A stretch of 32,291 nucleotides of DNA, from NCBI GenBank assembly GCA_003451355.1, contig DMDX01000015.1, positions 1 through 32,291 of the forward strand, given 5' to 3'. Of the stretch, positions 8,756 through 19,481 are shown piece by piece. Origin of the DNA: Cryomorphaceae bacterium. Its GTDB lineage: Bacteria > Bacteroidota > Bacteroidia > Flavobacteriales > Schleiferiaceae. The notes under the pieces are model-generated. The model saw only the letters and a program-made list of their open reading frames with translations. It was not told the DNA's origin and did no database searches. How positions within the stretch are numbered: position 1 is the first letter of the stretch; every line of letters begins with the position of its first letter. Made by a program: the position numbers and the translations under genes.

Positions 8756-9364
8756 TTATTTCGAATAGAGTTCGACAATCAACTGTTCCTTGATGTTTTC
8801 AGGGATCATATCGCGAGTGGGGACACTGAGCATTTTACCGCTCATCGTGGCTGAATTCCATTCCATCCAAGGGTATTGGTCTGAACGGTTAGAACCTAGG
8901 CTGTTTGCAACTACCTCAAGCGACTTTGAGCGCTCACGGATTGCAATCACATCATTCAAAGTAACCGAGTAAGAGGGAATATTGAGTACTTCTCCATTCA
9001 CGGTAACGTGGCAATGGGTCACCAACTGACGCGCCGCACGACGCGTTGGGGCAATACCCAGACGGTAGACCACATTGTCCAAACGACGCTCGCAGAGCTG
9101 AAGCAACACCTCACCGGTAATGCCCTTAGAACGCGAAGCGTGGTCGAACATAATGCGGAACTGGCGCTCCAAAATTCCGTAGGTATACTTTGCCTTTTGC
9201 TTCTCAGCAAGCTGAACGGAGTATTCGCTTTTCTTTCCGCGCTTACGCTGGAAGCCGTGCTGCCCCGGAGGGTAGTTTCGCTTGTCCAGTGAACGATCCG
9301 GACCAAAGATGGGTTCGCCAAAACGACGGGCGATTTTCGTAACAGGACCTCGGTAACGTGCCAT
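8756..9364 (-). CDS. rpsD: 30S ribosomal protein S4
   Basis: 202 aa. It starts [20 protein letters not shown] and has the S4 RNA-binding domain ([22 protein letters not shown]). Confidence 0.97.
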   Translation of the reverse strand: MARYRGPVTKIARRFGEPIFGPDRSLDKRNYPPGQHGFQRKRGKKSEYSVQLAEKQKAKYTYGILERQFRIMFDHASRSKGITGEVLLQLCERRLDNVVYRLGIAPTRRAARQLVTHCHVTVNGEVLNIPSYSVTLNDVIAIRERSKSLEVVANSLGSNRSDQYPWMEWNSATMSGKMLSVPTRDMIPENIKEQLIVELYSK

Positions 9365-9391
9365 ATCTTTCTGCTTCTATTTACTAAATGA

Positions 9392-9793
9392 TTATACGCG
9401 GCGGCGCTTCGGGGGACGGCAACCGTTGTGAGGAATTGGCGTGATGTCCACAATTTCTGTGACTTCAATACCAGTATTGGACAGGCTCCGAATCGCGCTT
9501 TCACGACCGTTTCCTGGACCTTTTACATAGACCTTGACTTTGCGAAGTCCCGCCTCCATAGCTACACCAGCAGCTTGCTCTGCAGCTACTTGAGCTGCAT
9601 AAGGGGTATTTTTCTTAGACCCACGGAACCCCATCTTACCTGCCGAAGACCAAGAGATAACTTGTCCCTGAGTATTCGTCAATGCAATAATGATGTTGTT
9701 GAACGTAGTGCTGATGTGCGCTTCGCCCACCGACTCCACCTTAACCTTCCGCTTCTTTGTGGTTTTCGCGGTTTTAGAATTCTGTTTTGCCAT
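9392..9793 (-). CDS. rpsK: 30S ribosomal protein S11
   Basis: 133 aa. The translation contains [14 protein letters not shown] and ends [18 protein letters not shown]. Confidence 0.97.
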   Translation of the reverse strand: MAKQNSKTAKTTKKRKVKVESVGEAHISTTFNNIIIALTNTQGQVISWSSAGKMGFRGSKKNTPYAAQVAAEQAAGVAMEAGLRKVKVYVKGPGNGRESAIRSLSNTGIEVTEIVDITPIPHNGCRPPKRRRV

Positions 9794-9812
9794 CGCTTCT
9801 AACGCTTAGTGC

Positions 9813-10190
9813 TTATTTAGTTGCCTTCTTCTTGTTTGCTACAGTCTTGCGCTTACCCTTGCGAGTGCGGCTGTTGTTCTTCGTGCGCTGACCGCGCAAC
9901 GGTAAACCAAGACGGTGTCGGATGCCACGTTGGCAGCCAATGTCCATGAGGCGCTTAATACTCATTGAAACCTCCGAACGAAGTTCACCCTCAACTTTCA
10001 TGTTGCTGGTGATGTAATCTCGGATTAACTGAAGTTGATCGTCAGTCCAATCTTGAACTTTAATGTTGACGTCAACGCCAACCGTGTTCAAAATTGTTTG
10101 GGCCTTTGAACGCCCTATTCCGTAGATATAGGTCAAGCCGATTTCACCGCGCTTGTTCCGGGGGAGGTCAATTCCTGCAATACGTGCCAT
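9813..10190 (-). CDS. rpsM: 30S ribosomal protein S13
   Basis: 125 aa. The translation contains [14 protein letters not shown] and [18 protein letters not shown]. Confidence 0.97.
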   Translation of the reverse strand: MARIAGIDLPRNKRGEIGLTYIYGIGRSKAQTILNTVGVDVNIKVQDWTDDQLQLIRDYITSNMKVEGELRSEVSMSIKRLMDIGCQRGIRHRLGLPLRGQRTKNNSRTRKGKRKTVANKKKATK

Positions 10191-10208
10191 TCTTCTGTTC
10201 GGATTGGA

Positions 10209-10325
10209 TTAGCCCTGACGCTGCTTGAGCTTCGGATTTTTCTTGTTAATAATATACAAGCGGCCTTTGCGGCGGACAATTTTACAGTCCACGCTGCGCT
10301 TTTTGAGGGATGCTCTAACTTTCAT
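10209..10325 (-). CDS. rpmJ: 50S ribosomal protein L36 (Zn-ligand-free form)
   Basis: Not in the ORF track because it is too short. The reverse complement of 10209-10325 reads [38 protein letters not shown] followed by TAA. It occupies the canonical slot between infA and rpsM. Confidence 0.93.
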   Translation of the reverse strand: MKVRASLKKRSVDCKIVRRKGRLYIINKKNPKLKQRQG

Positions 10326-10349
10326 CGGTTGCGATTAAAAACGTTCGGT

Positions 10350-10565
10350 TTAGTAGCGGTATACAATTCGTGCTTTCGACAAGTCGTACGGAGATAACTC
10401 CAACTTCACACGATCTCCAGGCAAGAGTTTGATGTAGTGCATGCGCATCTTGCCAGAGATGTGAGCGGTAACCACATGCCCATTCTCCAACTCCACACGA
10501 AACATCGCGTTAGAGAGGTTCTCGGTGATGGTACCATCTTGCGTAATCGCTCCTTGCTTTGACAT
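10350..10565 (-). CDS. infA: Translation initiation factor IF-1
   Basis: 71 aa with an S1-like OB fold. The translation contains [49 protein letters not shown]. Confidence 0.97.
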   Translation of the reverse strand: MSKQGAITQDGTITENLSNAMFRVELENGHVVTAHISGKMRMHYIKLLPGDRVKLELSPYDLSKARIVYRY

Positions 10566-10568
10566 AGC

Positions 10569-11903
10569 TTACAGCGATTCCGCGTTACGTCCACGAATGC
10601 GACCTCCGTCCATGAGGCCGTCGTAGTGACGGTTCAATAGATAACTTTCAACTTGCATGAGGGTATCGAGAACGACACCAACAATAATTAAGAGTGAGGT
10701 CCCACCATAGAACTGTGCCCAGGTCATACTCACCCCGAAATTCATCAGAACGGCCGGCAGAATTGCTATTGCCGAAAGCAACAGCGCGCCAGGAAGGGTG
10801 ATTTTAGCAAGAACATCATCGATAAAACGAGCAGTATCTCCACCAGGTTTCACTCCAGGGACGAAACCGCCATTCCGCATCAAGTCATCCGAAATCTGCG
10901 TCGTATTAATTTGAATTGCCGTGTAGAAATAGGTAAACACCAGAATCAACACCACAAACACGAAGTTGTACCAAAATCCTTGGATGTCCCCAAATAAGTC
11001 GACCATCCATGTGGCGCCGCCACCCTCGAGACCCGCATACTGAACAACAGTTAAGGGGATAAACATGAGTGCCTGTGCAAAAATGATTGGCATCACACCT
11101 GACGCATTTACTCGTACTGGTAGGTAACTTCTACCCAAGGACTTTGAGCTACCTCCCGCAACTCGTTTCGCGTATTCTAAAGGAATCTGACGAACTGCTT
11201 GAGTGAGTGCAATCGCAAAGAGTACGACCAAGTACAAAGCGACCATCTCGAGCAGGAACACAATCCAACCGCCACCCGCAGGACTTAATTGAGTCACGAG
11301 TTCTTGTAGGAACGACTGTGGGAATGAAGCAATAATACCGATCATGATGAGCAATGAGATGCCGTTTCCGATACCCTTGTCCGTAATTTTCTCACCAAGC
11401 CACATGGCAAAGATGGTTCCCGAGATCAGGGTGATCCACGCTGAAAACCAAAAAGCTCCAGTCGGTAGCGTGATTTCAACCCCTTGATACATGAGGTTCG
11501 TAATATAGCCCGGTGCTTGTGCCGCAACCACCAGAATCGTGAGGTAGCGGGTAATTTGGTTCAACTTCCGACGACCTGATTCACCCTCTTTCTGCATTTT
11601 ACTTATGGCTGGAATTGCTAAGCCAGCAAGCTGCATGAAAATCGATGCCGAAATGTAGGGCATGATTCCGAGCGCGAGTACCGAAGCATTCGCAAAGGCA
11701 CCACCTGAGAAGGCATTGATCAAACCAACCAAACCTTCAGAGGCTTGGTTCTGAAGTTGATCCAAACTAGTCGGATCGATACCCGGCAGGACCACATTAG
11801 AACCCAAGCGGTACACCAAGATTAATCCGAAAGTCAACGTGATTTTGTCACGAAGCTCTTGGATGGCCCAGATGTTCCGAAAGGTTTCGACGAGCTTTTT
11901 CAT
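10569..11903 (-). CDS. secY: Preprotein translocase subunit SecY
   Basis: 444 aa, multi-TM. The translation contains ALGIMPYISASIFMQL and GESGRRKLNQITRY. The ATG overlaps the rplO stop (TAATG). Confidence 0.97.
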   Translation of the reverse strand: MKKLVETFRNIWAIQELRDKITLTFGLILVYRLGSNVVLPGIDPTSLDQLQNQASEGLVGLINAFSGGAFANASVLALGIMPYISASIFMQLAGLAIPAISKMQKEGESGRRKLNQITRYLTILVVAAQAPGYITNLMYQGVEITLPTGAFWFSAWITLISGTIFAMWLGEKITDKGIGNGISLLIMIGIIASFPQSFLQELVTQLSPAGGGWIVFLLEMVALYLVVLFAIALTQAVRQIPLEYAKRVAGGSSKSLGRSYLPVRVNASGVMPIIFAQALMFIPLTVVQYAGLEGGGATWMVDLFGDIQGFWYNFVFVVLILVFTYFYTAIQINTTQISDDLMRNGGFVPGVKPGGDTARFIDDVLAKITLPGALLLSAIAILPAVLMNFGVSMTWAQFYGGTSLLIIVGVVLDTLMQVESYLLNRHYDGLMDGGRIRGRNAESL

Positions 11904-12367
11904 TACTCAGCCTTTCCTTGAAGGAGGTTTACACTACCACCCGCAGCAGCAATGGCTGCAGCAGCTGATTGACTCACCTTGTGAACGGTTACAGTGAGTG
12001 CGCTCGTCACTTCACCACGACCCAAAACTTTAATAAGATCATTCTTACCAGCCAATCCGAATTGAACCAATTCCAACGGACCGATCTCGGTGATTTTATG
12101 GTTCTCGGCTAATTGAGCAAGTACATCAAGATTGATTGCACGGAACTCCACACGGTTTGGGTTTTTAAAACCAAACTTTGGTACGCGACGCTGAAGGGGC
12201 ATTTGACCACCTTCAAATCCAATTTTCTTACTGTAACCCGTCCGAGCCTTTTGACCCTTGTGGCCAGCTCCGGCGGTGCCGCCATTTCCGGTACCTTCTC
12301 CACGCCCGAGGCGCTTCTTGGTCTTTACTGCTCCAGGAGCAGGCTTAAGTTCGTGCAATGCTGCCAT
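11903..12367 (-). CDS. rplO: 50S ribosomal protein L15
   Basis: 154 aa. The translation contains LHELKPAPGAVKTKKRLGRGEGTGNGGTAGAGHKGQKAR. Confidence 0.97.
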   Translation of the reverse strand: MAALHELKPAPGAVKTKKRLGRGEGTGNGGTAGAGHKGQKARTGYSKKIGFEGGQMPLQRRVPKFGFKNPNRVEFRAINLDVLAQLAENHKITEIGPLELVQFGLAGKNDLIKVLGRGEVTSALTVTVHKVSQSAAAAIAAAGGSVNLLQGKAE

Positions 12368-12372
12368 GATAA

Positions 12373-12558
12373 TTAGGCGTTAACTTCTTCAACTTTGATT
12401 AAGTGGTTCACGGCGCGCACCATACCCAAGATTTGGGGAGTAGCCTCGTGTTCCACACACTGATTCATTTTGCGAAGACCAAGGGCCTCCATTGTTGCCT
12501 TTTGGTAGGGCGGACGGTCGATTGTACTTCGAACCTTAGTGACTTTAATGCGTGCCAT
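12373..12558 (-). CDS. rpmD: 50S ribosomal protein L30
   Basis: 61 aa. The translation contains IKVTKVRSTIDRPPYQKATMEALGLRK. It lies between rpsE and rplO. Confidence 0.95.
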   Translation of the reverse strand: MARIKVTKVRSTIDRPPYQKATMEALGLRKMNQCVEHEATPQILGMVRAVNHLIKVEEVNA

Positions 12559-12571
12559 AGTGTCGTACGAT

Positions 12572-13090
12572 TTAACCGTTGAAAACTTTACTCAGTGCAA
12601 TTCCACGTGTCTTGGCTACTTGGTGTGCGTCGCGCATTAGGTGGAGTGCCTCAAAGGTTGCCTTCACGAGGTTGTGAGGATTTGAAGACCCCTTGCTCTT
12701 TGCAAGAACGTCGTGAACTCCTACACACTCAAGTACGGCACGCATAGCACCACCCGCAATTACACCCGTACCACTCGAAGCAGGGCGAAGGAATACTCGA
12801 GCGCCTCCAAATTTGCCATCTTGCTCGTGAGGGACGGTACCCTTAATCACGGGAAATTTGTATAAATTCTTCTTGGCGTCCTCAATTCCCTTGGTTACCG
12901 CCTCAGAAACTTCTTTGGACTTACCCAAGCCATAGCCACCAATTCCGTGCTCGTCTCCAACCACTACAATCGCAGTGAATGAAAATGTACGGCCACCTTT
13001 GGTAGTTTTGGTTACGCGCTGCACGCCAACAAGGCGGTCAACGAGTTCCAAGCCGCTTGGCTTAACTTTTTTTGATGCAATCTCTTTCAT
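12572..13090 (-). CDS. rpsE: 30S ribosomal protein S5
   Basis: 172 aa. The translation contains [22 protein letters not shown] and [15 protein letters not shown]. Confidence 0.97.
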   Translation of the reverse strand: MKEIASKKVKPSGLELVDRLVGVQRVTKTTKGGRTFSFTAIVVVGDEHGIGGYGLGKSKEVSEAVTKGIEDAKKNLYKFPVIKGTVPHEQDGKFGGARVFLRPASSGTGVIAGGAMRAVLECVGVHDVLAKSKGSSNPHNLVKATFEALHLMRDAHQVAKTRGIALSKVFNG

Positions 13091-13097
13091 AACATTC

Positions 13098-13454
13098 TTA
13101 GAAATTCAGGCCTCCCTCGCGAGCTCCTTCGGCCAATGATTTTACACGTCCATGGTACAAAAAGCCACCACGATCAAACGAGACCTGCTCTATACCCTTT
13201 GCCTTCGCGAGTTCCGCAATCTGCAAACCCACTTGACGTGCTTGGTCGAGCTTTGTACCGCTGACTACGCGTTCAGACTTTTTCAATGAGGCTGAAGAGC
13301 AAATAGTAACGCCAGACTGATCATCAATGATCTGGGCATAAATCTCCTTACTTGAGCGAAACACGGCCAAACGGGGACGAGACGGTGTTCCCTCTACCAC
13401 TTTACGAACACGCAAGTGAATGCGCTCGCGACGACTTAAACTTTTCGTTGCCAT
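13098..13454 (-). CDS. rplR: 50S ribosomal protein L18
   Basis: 118 aa. The translation contains [20 protein letters not shown] and [24 protein letters not shown]. Confidence 0.97.
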   Translation of the reverse strand: MATKSLSRRERIHLRVRKVVEGTPSRPRLAVFRSSKEIYAQIIDDQSGVTICSSASLKKSERVVSGTKLDQARQVGLQIAELAKAKGIEQVSFDRGGFLYHGRVKSLAEGAREGGLNF

Positions 13455-13460
13455 AATTTC

Positions 13461-14015
13461 TTACTTCTTAGCACCTGATTTACCAGCTTTCCGGCGAACG
13501 ATTTCGCCAACATAACGAACTCCTTTGCCTTTAAAAGGCTCCGGTTTGCGGAGGCTTCGGATTTTAGCGGCCACGGCTCCAAGCAATTGCTTGTCGTACG
13601 ATGCCAACTCGACAATTGGATTCTTACCCTTATCTGAAATCGTATTCAGACTTACCTCGGTTGGTACCTGTAGGACAAAAATATGTGAATAGCCAAGGGA
13701 TAATTCTAGATTCTGACCTTGGTGTGAGGCACGGTATCCGACTCCAACCAACTCTAACTTCTTTTGAAAACCCTGAGACACACCCACAATCATATTATTG
13801 ATCAGGGCACGGTACAAGCCATGCTGGGCGCGGTGCAACTTATTGTCCGTAGGACGAATTACCGTAAGCACATCACCTTCGCGTTCGAATGTAATCTCCG
13901 GATTAATTGACTCAGTCAATGTTCCAAGTTTGCCTTTAACGGTAACCACACTTCCCTCAATTGAAAGCTCAACGCCTGCGGGGACTGTGATAGGGGATTT
14001 ACCAACTCGTGACAT
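13461..14015 (-). CDS. rplF: 50S ribosomal protein L6
   Basis: 184 aa. The translation contains MSRVGKSPITVPAGVEL and PEPFKGKGVRY. Confidence 0.97.
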   Translation of the reverse strand: MSRVGKSPITVPAGVELSIEGSVVTVKGKLGTLTESINPEITFEREGDVLTVIRPTDNKLHRAQHGLYRALINNMIVGVSQGFQKKLELVGVGYRASHQGQNLELSLGYSHIFVLQVPTEVSLNTISDKGKNPIVELASYDKQLLGAVAAKIRSLRKPEPFKGKGVRYVGEIVRRKAGKSGAKK

Positions 14016-14024
14016 GTTCGATAT

Positions 14025-14423
14025 TTAATAAACGAAACAAACTACTTCACCGCCTACATTCTGTGTGCGGGCTTCTTTATCGGTCATCATACCATGCGAC
14101 GTACTGACGATTGCAATACCCAAACCGTTCTTTACACGAGGTAAGTCAGTTGATGACTGGTAGTTGCGAAGGCCTGGGCGAGAAACACGGTCAATACCGC
14201 GGATTACCGAACGCTTTGACGCCTTATCGTACTTCAAAGCAACCTTAAGGATTCCCTGAGGACCCGTTTCGTCGACTTTAAAGTCCTTAATAAATCCTTG
14301 GTCCATAAGAATTCGGGCAATTTCTGCCTTCATCTTGCTGCTCGGAACCTCGACGACAGCGTGACCAGCTTTCGCACCGTTGCGAAGGCGAGTCAAAAAA
14401 TCTGCAATGGGATCAGTATACAT
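14025..14423 (-). CDS. rpsH: 30S ribosomal protein S8
   Basis: 132 aa. The translation contains DPIADFLTRLRNG and GLGIAIVSTSHGMMTDKEAR. Confidence 0.97.
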   Translation of the reverse strand: MYTDPIADFLTRLRNGAKAGHAVVEVPSSKMKAEIARILMDQGFIKDFKVDETGPQGILKVALKYDKASKRSVIRGIDRVSRPGLRNYQSSTDLPRVKNGLGIAIVSTSHGMMTDKEARTQNVGGEVVCFVY

Positions 14424-14442
14424 TTCTTGTCTTCTATTGAGG

Positions 14443-14712
14443 TTACCAGCTACTCTTCTTTACTCCTGGGATCAGACCATTTAGGGCCATCTCGCGGAAC
14501 GTAACGCGTGAGATACCAAACTGACGCATGTATCCACGTGGGCGACCGGTCAGTTTGCAACGATTGTGAAGGCGGACTGGAGATGCGTTCTTGGGTAGCT
14601 TTTGAAGGGCATCATAGTCCCCGGCTTCTTTGAGGGCCGCACGCTTCGTAGCATACTTTGCTACGAGAGCCTCGCGCTTGCGCTCACGCGCTTTCATTGA
14701 TTCTTTTGCCAT
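14443..14712 (-). CDS. rpsN: 30S ribosomal protein S14 (long, Zn-free form)
   Basis: 89 aa, ending [39 protein letters not shown]. It has a single Cys and no CxxC pairs. Confidence 0.97.
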   Translation of the reverse strand: MAKESMKARERKREALVAKYATKRAALKEAGDYDALQKLPKNASPVRLHNRCKLTGRPRGYMRQFGISRVTFREMALNGLIPGVKKSSW

Positions 14713-14715
14713 GAC

Positions 14716-15255
14716 TTACTTCTTAAAAGGCATTCCGAAATTTTGAAGAAGTGCTTTGCACTCCTTGTCGGTGTTCGCCGACGTGACAAACGTGATGTCC
14801 ATACCTGAAATACGGTTCACCTTGTCAATTTCGATTTCTGGGAAAATGATCTGCTCGGTAATTCCGAACGTATAGTTACCACGGCCATCAAAACCATCCT
14901 TTAAACCCTGAAAGTCGCGGATACGTGGAAGTGATGATACCAAAAGGCGCTCAAGGAATTCGTACATGCGCTCACCTCGAAGGGTTACACGAACTCCAAC
15001 TGGCATCCCCTTGCGGAGTTTGAAGTTTGAAATATCCTTCTTAGACTTGGTAGCCACGGCTTTTTGACCCGCAATTGTCGACATCTCTTCGATCGCATAA
15101 TCAATGAGCTTTTTGTCAGAAACTGCAGCTCCGAGGCCTTGGCTCAACACAATCTTTTGCAAACGCGGAACCTCCATTTGGTTCGTGTAAGAAAACTGCT
15201 CCATCATGGCCGGAACGACCTGACCGAGGTACTTCGATTTTAAATTCGGTTCCAT
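14716..15255 (-). CDS. rplE: 50S ribosomal protein L5
   Basis: 179 aa. The translation contains [26 protein letters not shown] and [16 protein letters not shown]. The ATG overlaps the rplX stop. Confidence 0.97.
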   Translation of the reverse strand: MEPNLKSKYLGQVVPAMMEQFSYTNQMEVPRLQKIVLSQGLGAAVSDKKLIDYAIEEMSTIAGQKAVATKSKKDISNFKLRKGMPVGVRVTLRGERMYEFLERLLVSSLPRIRDFQGLKDGFDGRGNYTFGITEQIIFPEIEIDKVNRISGMDITFVTSANTDKECKALLQNFGMPFKK

Positions 15256-15572
15256 TATTTAATTACTTCGCCGGTTTTTTTCGCTACGCGAACTTTTACT
15301 CCATTGGCCTCTGTACGGATACCCGTGCGAGTTGCCACACCCTTGCTGTCCAACAGCATTAGGTTTGAAACATGAAGTGGAGCTTCGACTTTCTCGAGTC
15401 CACCCTGTGGGCTGGTTGCACTCGGCTTGAGGTGCTTCGTGACCAGATTAACACCTTCCACAATCGCGCGGTGCTGCTTGGGAATCATTCGAACAATTTT
15501 GCCCTGCTCTCCCTTGTGAGCACCAGCGATCACTACTACAGTGTCTCCAGTTTTAATGTGAAACTTTGCCAT
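15255..15572 (-). CDS. rplX: 50S ribosomal protein L24
   Basis: 105 aa with the KOW motif [22 protein letters not shown]. Confidence 0.97.
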   Translation of the reverse strand: MAKFHIKTGDTVVVIAGAHKGEQGKIVRMIPKQHRAIVEGVNLVTKHLKPSATSPQGGLEKVEAPLHVSNLMLLDSKGVATRTGIRTEANGVKVRVAKKTGEVIK

Positions 15573-15584
15573 CGTACTAGGCGA

Positions 15585-15953
15585 TTAAAGCACTTCAGGT
15601 GCCAGTGAAACAATCTTCATGTACTGCTTGTCGCGAAGCTCACGAGCTACTGGACCAAATACACGGGTACCGCGCATTTCTCCAGTTGCATTGAGTAGCA
15701 CACATGCGTTGTCGTCGAATCGGATGTATGAACCATCCGGACGTCGAATTTCTTTCTTGGTGCGAACGACCACGGCCTTCGACACAGTACCCTTCTTGGC
15801 ATTGCCTGAAGGGGTGGCGTCTTTAACGGTAACCACGATCGTGTCACCCACCGAAGCGTAGCGACGGCGAGTACCGCCCAGTACGCGAATCACCAAAACT
15901 TCTTTGGCGCCGGTATTGTCCGCAACGCGGAGCCTTGATTCTGTCTGTAGCAT
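15585..15953 (-). CDS. rplN: 50S ribosomal protein L14
   Basis: 122 aa. The translation contains [19 protein letters not shown] and [10 protein letters not shown]. Confidence 0.97.
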   Translation of the reverse strand: MLQTESRLRVADNTGAKEVLVIRVLGGTRRRYASVGDTIVVTVKDATPSGNAKKGTVSKAVVVRTKKEIRRPDGSYIRFDDNACVLLNATGEMRGTRVFGPVARELRDKQYMKIVSLAPEVL

Positions 15954-15960
15954 CTTTTAT

Positions 15961-16221
15961 TTACTTAGCGCGCTCAATGATTTCAATAACACGCCAGTTC
16001 TTAGTCTTCGAAAGCGGACGAACTTCCATAATGCGAACGGTGTCGCCTTGGTTGCAGTCATTTGTTTCGTCGTGGGCGTGAAACTTCTTAGAAAAAGTGA
16101 TGAACTTTCCGTACATACCGTGCTTTACGCGGCGTGATACGTTGACGGTAACCGTCTTGTCCATAGCTGACGAGGTCACTACCCCGATGCGCTCTTTGCG
16201 CAGATTGCGTTGGTTTTCCAT
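15961..16221 (-). CDS. rpsQ: 30S ribosomal protein S17
   Basis: 86 aa. The translation contains [19 protein letters not shown] and [25 protein letters not shown]. Confidence 0.97.
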   Translation of the reverse strand: MENQRNLRKERIGVVTSSAMDKTVTVNVSRRVKHGMYGKFITFSKKFHAHDETNDCNQGDTVRIMEVRPLSKTKNWRVIEIIERAK

Positions 16222-16225
16222 CGTA

Positions 16226-16429
16226 TTAATTCTTAGAACGCTGGGTCAATTCGGTCGCCAAACGAGCCACGTCTTTGCGGAGCGCGGTGAGTCGCATGGG
16301 ATTCTCAAGAGGGCTCAAGCGGTGCTTGCGCTTAAGGTCGAGTAGTTCCGTCTTTTGCGTGCGGTACTGGTTTGCCAATTCCTCGGCATTCATTTTTTTC
16401 AATTCAGCAGTTGTCATGGTACGAAGCAT
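16226..16429 (-). CDS. rpmC: 50S ribosomal protein L29
   Basis: 67 aa, helical, with [25 protein letters not shown]. The ATG overlaps the rplP stop (TAATG). An internal Met 4 codons downstream is an alternative start. Confidence 0.93.
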   Translation of the reverse strand: MLRTMTTAELKKMNAEELANQYRTQKTELLDLKRKHRLSPLENPMRLTALRKDVARLATELTQRSKN

Positions 16430-16851
16430 TATGCATTAACCAAATCACGACGAACTACGAACTTCGTCTTTACGGGAAGCTTCTGTGCCGCAAGGCGAAG
16501 TGCTTCTTTAGCGATATCCTCAGAAACGCCATCGAGTTCAAAGAGCATACGACCAGGACGAACCACCGCAGCCCAGTATTCTACTGCACCTTTACCCTTA
16601 CCCATACGTACCTCGAGAGGCTTCTTCGTAATTGGTTTGTCGGGGAAGATTCGAATCCAAAGCTGTCCCTCACGCTTCATATAGCGAGTAGCAGCGATAC
16701 GGGCAGCCTCAATTTGACGGGCGGTCATCCATACCTCTTCAAGGGACTTGATACCATAGGATCCAAAGGCTAGTGTGGCACCGCGCTGTGCGTTACCCTT
16801 CATTTTGCCCTTAAACATTTTTCGGAACTTAGTCTTTTTCGGCTGAAGCAT
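16429..16851 (-). CDS. rplP: 50S ribosomal protein L16
   Basis: 140 aa. The translation contains [11 protein letters not shown] and [12 protein letters not shown]. Confidence 0.97.
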   Translation of the reverse strand: MLQPKKTKFRKMFKGKMKGNAQRGATLAFGSYGIKSLEEVWMTARQIEAARIAATRYMKREGQLWIRIFPDKPITKKPLEVRMGKGKGAVEYWAAVVRPGRMLFELDGVSEDIAKEALRLAAQKLPVKTKFVVRRDLVNA

Positions 16852-16856
16852 GACAG

Positions 16857-17645
16857 TTAAGCTTTACGATTGTTGTTAGGACGACGACGATCACGGTCAC
16901 GATCACCACCACCATTACCACCTCCGGTTCCGCGACGCGGACGATCCGTACCAGCAGAAGATGGGGCACCAGCTCCCACGCGCTTACCTGACTGCCCGAG
17001 GACATTGCTCAAGTCACGCTTACCATAAACCTCACCTTTCATGATCCAAACCTTGATACCAATACGGCCGTAGGTTGTATGGGCTTCAGAAATGTGGTAA
17101 TCAATATCTGCACGGAACGTGTGCAACGGGGTGCGTCCCTCTTTAAACTTTTCAGACCGAGCGATTTCTGCTCCGTTTAGACGGCCACTCACTTGAACCT
17201 TGATTCCTTCAGCGCCCATTCGCATGGTACTTCCCATGGACATTTTAACAGCACGGCGAAAGGAAATACGACCCTCAATTTGGCGAGCAATACTGTCCGC
17301 CACAAGTTTCGCATCGAGTTCAGGACGCTTAATCTCGTGAATATTAATCTGAACCTCTTTCTTGGAGAGTTTTTTGAGCTCCTCGCGAAGCTTGTCAACT
17401 TCAGTACCACCTTTTCCGATAATCACACCAGGACGGGCCGTTGCAATCGTTACAGTGACAACTTTAAGGGTACGCTCAATAATGATGCGCGACACATTTG
17501 CCCGACTAAGACGAGCATATAAGTATTTACGAATTGCCGCGTCTTCAGCAATTTTATCTCCGTAGTTACGGCCACCGTACCAATTAGACTCCCATCCACG
17601 GATGTAGCCAAGGCGATTGCCAATAGGATTAGCTTTTTGTCCCAT
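16857..17645 (-). CDS. rpsC: 30S ribosomal protein S3
   Basis: 262 aa. It starts [13 protein letters not shown] and has a KH domain ([14 protein letters not shown]). It carries a Gly/Arg/Asp-rich C-terminal extension. Confidence 0.97.
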   Translation of the reverse strand: MGQKANPIGNRLGYIRGWESNWYGGRNYGDKIAEDAAIRKYLYARLSRANVSRIIIERTLKVVTVTIATARPGVIIGKGGTEVDKLREELKKLSKKEVQINIHEIKRPELDAKLVADSIARQIEGRISFRRAVKMSMGSTMRMGAEGIKVQVSGRLNGAEIARSEKFKEGRTPLHTFRADIDYHISEAHTTYGRIGIKVWIMKGEVYGKRDLSNVLGQSGKRVGAGAPSSAGTDRPRRGTGGGNGGGDRDRDRRRPNNNRKA

Positions 17646-17647
17646 GT

Positions 17648-18070
17648 TTAGGCGTTTTCAGAGCTGGTTGAACCTTCTTCGGCAACACGACCCACCACCA
17701 GGGTAACGTGGTTTGAACGCTTACGCACACGGTGGGCACGGCCCTGTGGTGCGGGTTGGACACGCTTTAGCATACGGCCACCATCGACCATAATGCTCTG
17801 GACCACTAAACCTGAATCGACTGAAGCCTCTGGGTTTTTGGTTTGCCAATTCGTCAAGGCCGAAAGGAGCAGCTTCTCAAGGCGAATTGACGCCTCTTTG
17901 CTGCTGTGCTTCAGGACATAAAGTGCCTTAGCAACCTCCATTCCGCGAATGAGATCTGCCATTAGGCGCATCTTACGGGGTGAAGTTGGGCAGTTATTCA
18001 GTGAAGCCATGGCTACACTGCGTCGTGCATCTTTGATCGCGTTTGCGCGGATTTTTTTACGAGCTCCCAT
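17648..18070 (-). CDS. rplV: 50S ribosomal protein L22
   Basis: 140 aa. The translation contains [14 protein letters not shown] and [21 protein letters not shown]. Confidence 0.96.
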   Translation of the reverse strand: MGARKKIRANAIKDARRSVAMASLNNCPTSPRKMRLMADLIRGMEVAKALYVLKHSSKEASIRLEKLLLSALTNWQTKNPEASVDSGLVVQSIMVDGGRMLKRVQPAPQGRAHRVRKRSNHVTLVVGRVAEEGSTSSENA

Positions 18071-18076
18071 CGCTTA

Positions 18077-18355
18077 CTACTTTTTGCCTTTATCTTTCTT
18101 ACCAGCATGGCCGCGGAACACACGAGTCGGAGCAAATTCCCCAAGCTTGTGGCCAACCATATTCTCTGTAACGTACACGGGCACAAACGTTTTACCGTTG
18201 TGAACTGCAATTGTTTGTCCAACAAAATCTGGACTGATCATTGAAGCACGAGACCAAGTCTTGATCACGGTCTTTTTACCTGCCTCAACATTTTCCATTA
18301 CTCGCTTTTCAAGCTTGAAATGGATGTATGGACCTTTTTTAAGCGAACGTGCCAT
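18077..18355 (-). CDS. rpsS: 30S ribosomal protein S19
   Basis: 92 aa. The translation contains [11 protein letters not shown] and [16 protein letters not shown]. Confidence 0.97.
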   Translation of the reverse strand: MARSLKKGPYIHFKLEKRVMENVEAGKKTVIKTWSRASMISPDFVGQTIAVHNGKTFVPVYVTENMVGHKLGEFAPTRVFRGHAGKKDKGKK

Positions 18356-18357
18356 GA

Positions 18358-19182
18358 TTACTTCTTACGTTTTTCAATGATGTAACGGTTGCTCGCCTTC
18401 TTCGGCGTACGCGTCTTGTATCCTTTAGCTGGAATACCCTTACGTGAGCGAGGATGACCACCTGAGGCACGACCCTCTCCACCACCCATTGGGTGATCCA
18501 CAGGGTTCATGGCTACACCACGAGTCCGTGGACGACGACCTAACCAGCGGCTACGTCCCGCTTTTCCGCTGTCGACTTGAGCGTGGTCCGCATTCGAAAC
18601 AGTTCCGACTGTCGCCATACACTCTGTCAAAATCATTCGACTTTCACCAGATGGCATGCGCAGCACGGCATATTTACCGTCACGAGCGGCTAACTGAGCA
18701 AACGCTCCAGCTGAACGAGCGATGATACCACCCTGACCTGGACGGAGTTCAATGTTGTGAACAATAGTACCTAAGGGCATATCGCTCAATTTCATCGCGT
18801 TTCCTACTTCAGGTGCGACACCAGGTCCACTCAACAGAACTTGGCCTACTTGAATACCGTTTGGTGCGATGATGTACCTCTTCTCTCCATCTGCATACAC
18901 AAGGAGTGCAATAAACGCAGTACGGTTTGGATCGTACTCGATGCTTTTTACCGTAGCAGGAATATTGATTTTCTCTCGCTTAAAATCAATAATTCTGTAC
19001 CGCTGCTTGGCGCCACCACCGACATAACGCATGGTCATCTTACCGGTGTTATTGCGTCCACCAGAGCGCTTTTTAGATACCGTTAGGCTCTTTTCAGGAG
19101 CACCCACAGTAATCATTGCAAAGTCATTCACCGAGCGCAGGCGTTGGCCTGGGGTCATCGGTTTTAATTTACGTACGCCCAT
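18358..19182 (-). CDS. rplB: 50S ribosomal protein L2
   Basis: 274 aa. The translation contains [11 protein letters not shown] and [17 protein letters not shown]. Confidence 0.97.
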   Translation of the reverse strand: MGVRKLKPMTPGQRLRSVNDFAMITVGAPEKSLTVSKKRSGGRNNTGKMTMRYVGGGAKQRYRIIDFKREKINIPATVKSIEYDPNRTAFIALLVYADGEKRYIIAPNGIQVGQVLLSGPGVAPEVGNAMKLSDMPLGTIVHNIELRPGQGGIIARSAGAFAQLAARDGKYAVLRMPSGESRMILTECMATVGTVSNADHAQVDSGKAGRSRWLGRRPRTRGVAMNPVDHPMGGGEGRASGGHPRSRKGIPAKGYKTRTPKKASNRYIIEKRKK

Positions 19183-19185
19183 GGC

Positions 19186-19479
19186 TTAGAGGTTTGCGTA
19201 GATATCAATGGTTTCACCTGCACGTACTTCAATCACCGCCTTCTTGAGCGAGGGCTTGCGACCTTCCAGAACACCTGCCTTGGTGTAGCGTACGATACGC
19301 TTGGCTGGAGCAATCATGGTTCGAACGTTTTCCACGTTCACCTTGTAGAGATTCTCTACAGCCTTTTTAATTTGAAGCTTGTTTGCCTTTTTATCGACAA
19401 CAAACGTGTAGCGATTCGCTCCCTCTGCTGAGGCAGTCGCTTTCTCGGTGAGCACCGGGCGAATGAGAATCTGTTCCAT
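19186..19479 (-). CDS. rplW: 50S ribosomal protein L23
   Basis: 97 aa counted from the ATG at 19477-19479 (MEQILIRPVLTEKAT...). The track start at 19482 is a GTG overlapping the rplD stop, and either start is possible. Confidence 0.93.
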   Translation of the reverse strand: MEQILIRPVLTEKATASAEGANRYTFVVDKKANKLQIKKAVENLYKVNVENVRTMIAPAKRIVRYTKAGVLEGRKPSLKKAVIEVRAGETIDIYANL

Positions 19480-19481
19480 CA

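Noticed and set aside
16860-16990. Low-complexity repeats at the 3' end of rpsC ([15 protein letters not shown] coding; gatcacggtcacgatcaccaccacc), considered as a DNA tandem repeat.
   Set aside because: The repeats are short, imperfect and in-frame. They encode the Gly/Arg/Asp-rich C-terminal extension that S3 proteins of this phylum commonly carry, and are not an independent repeat element.
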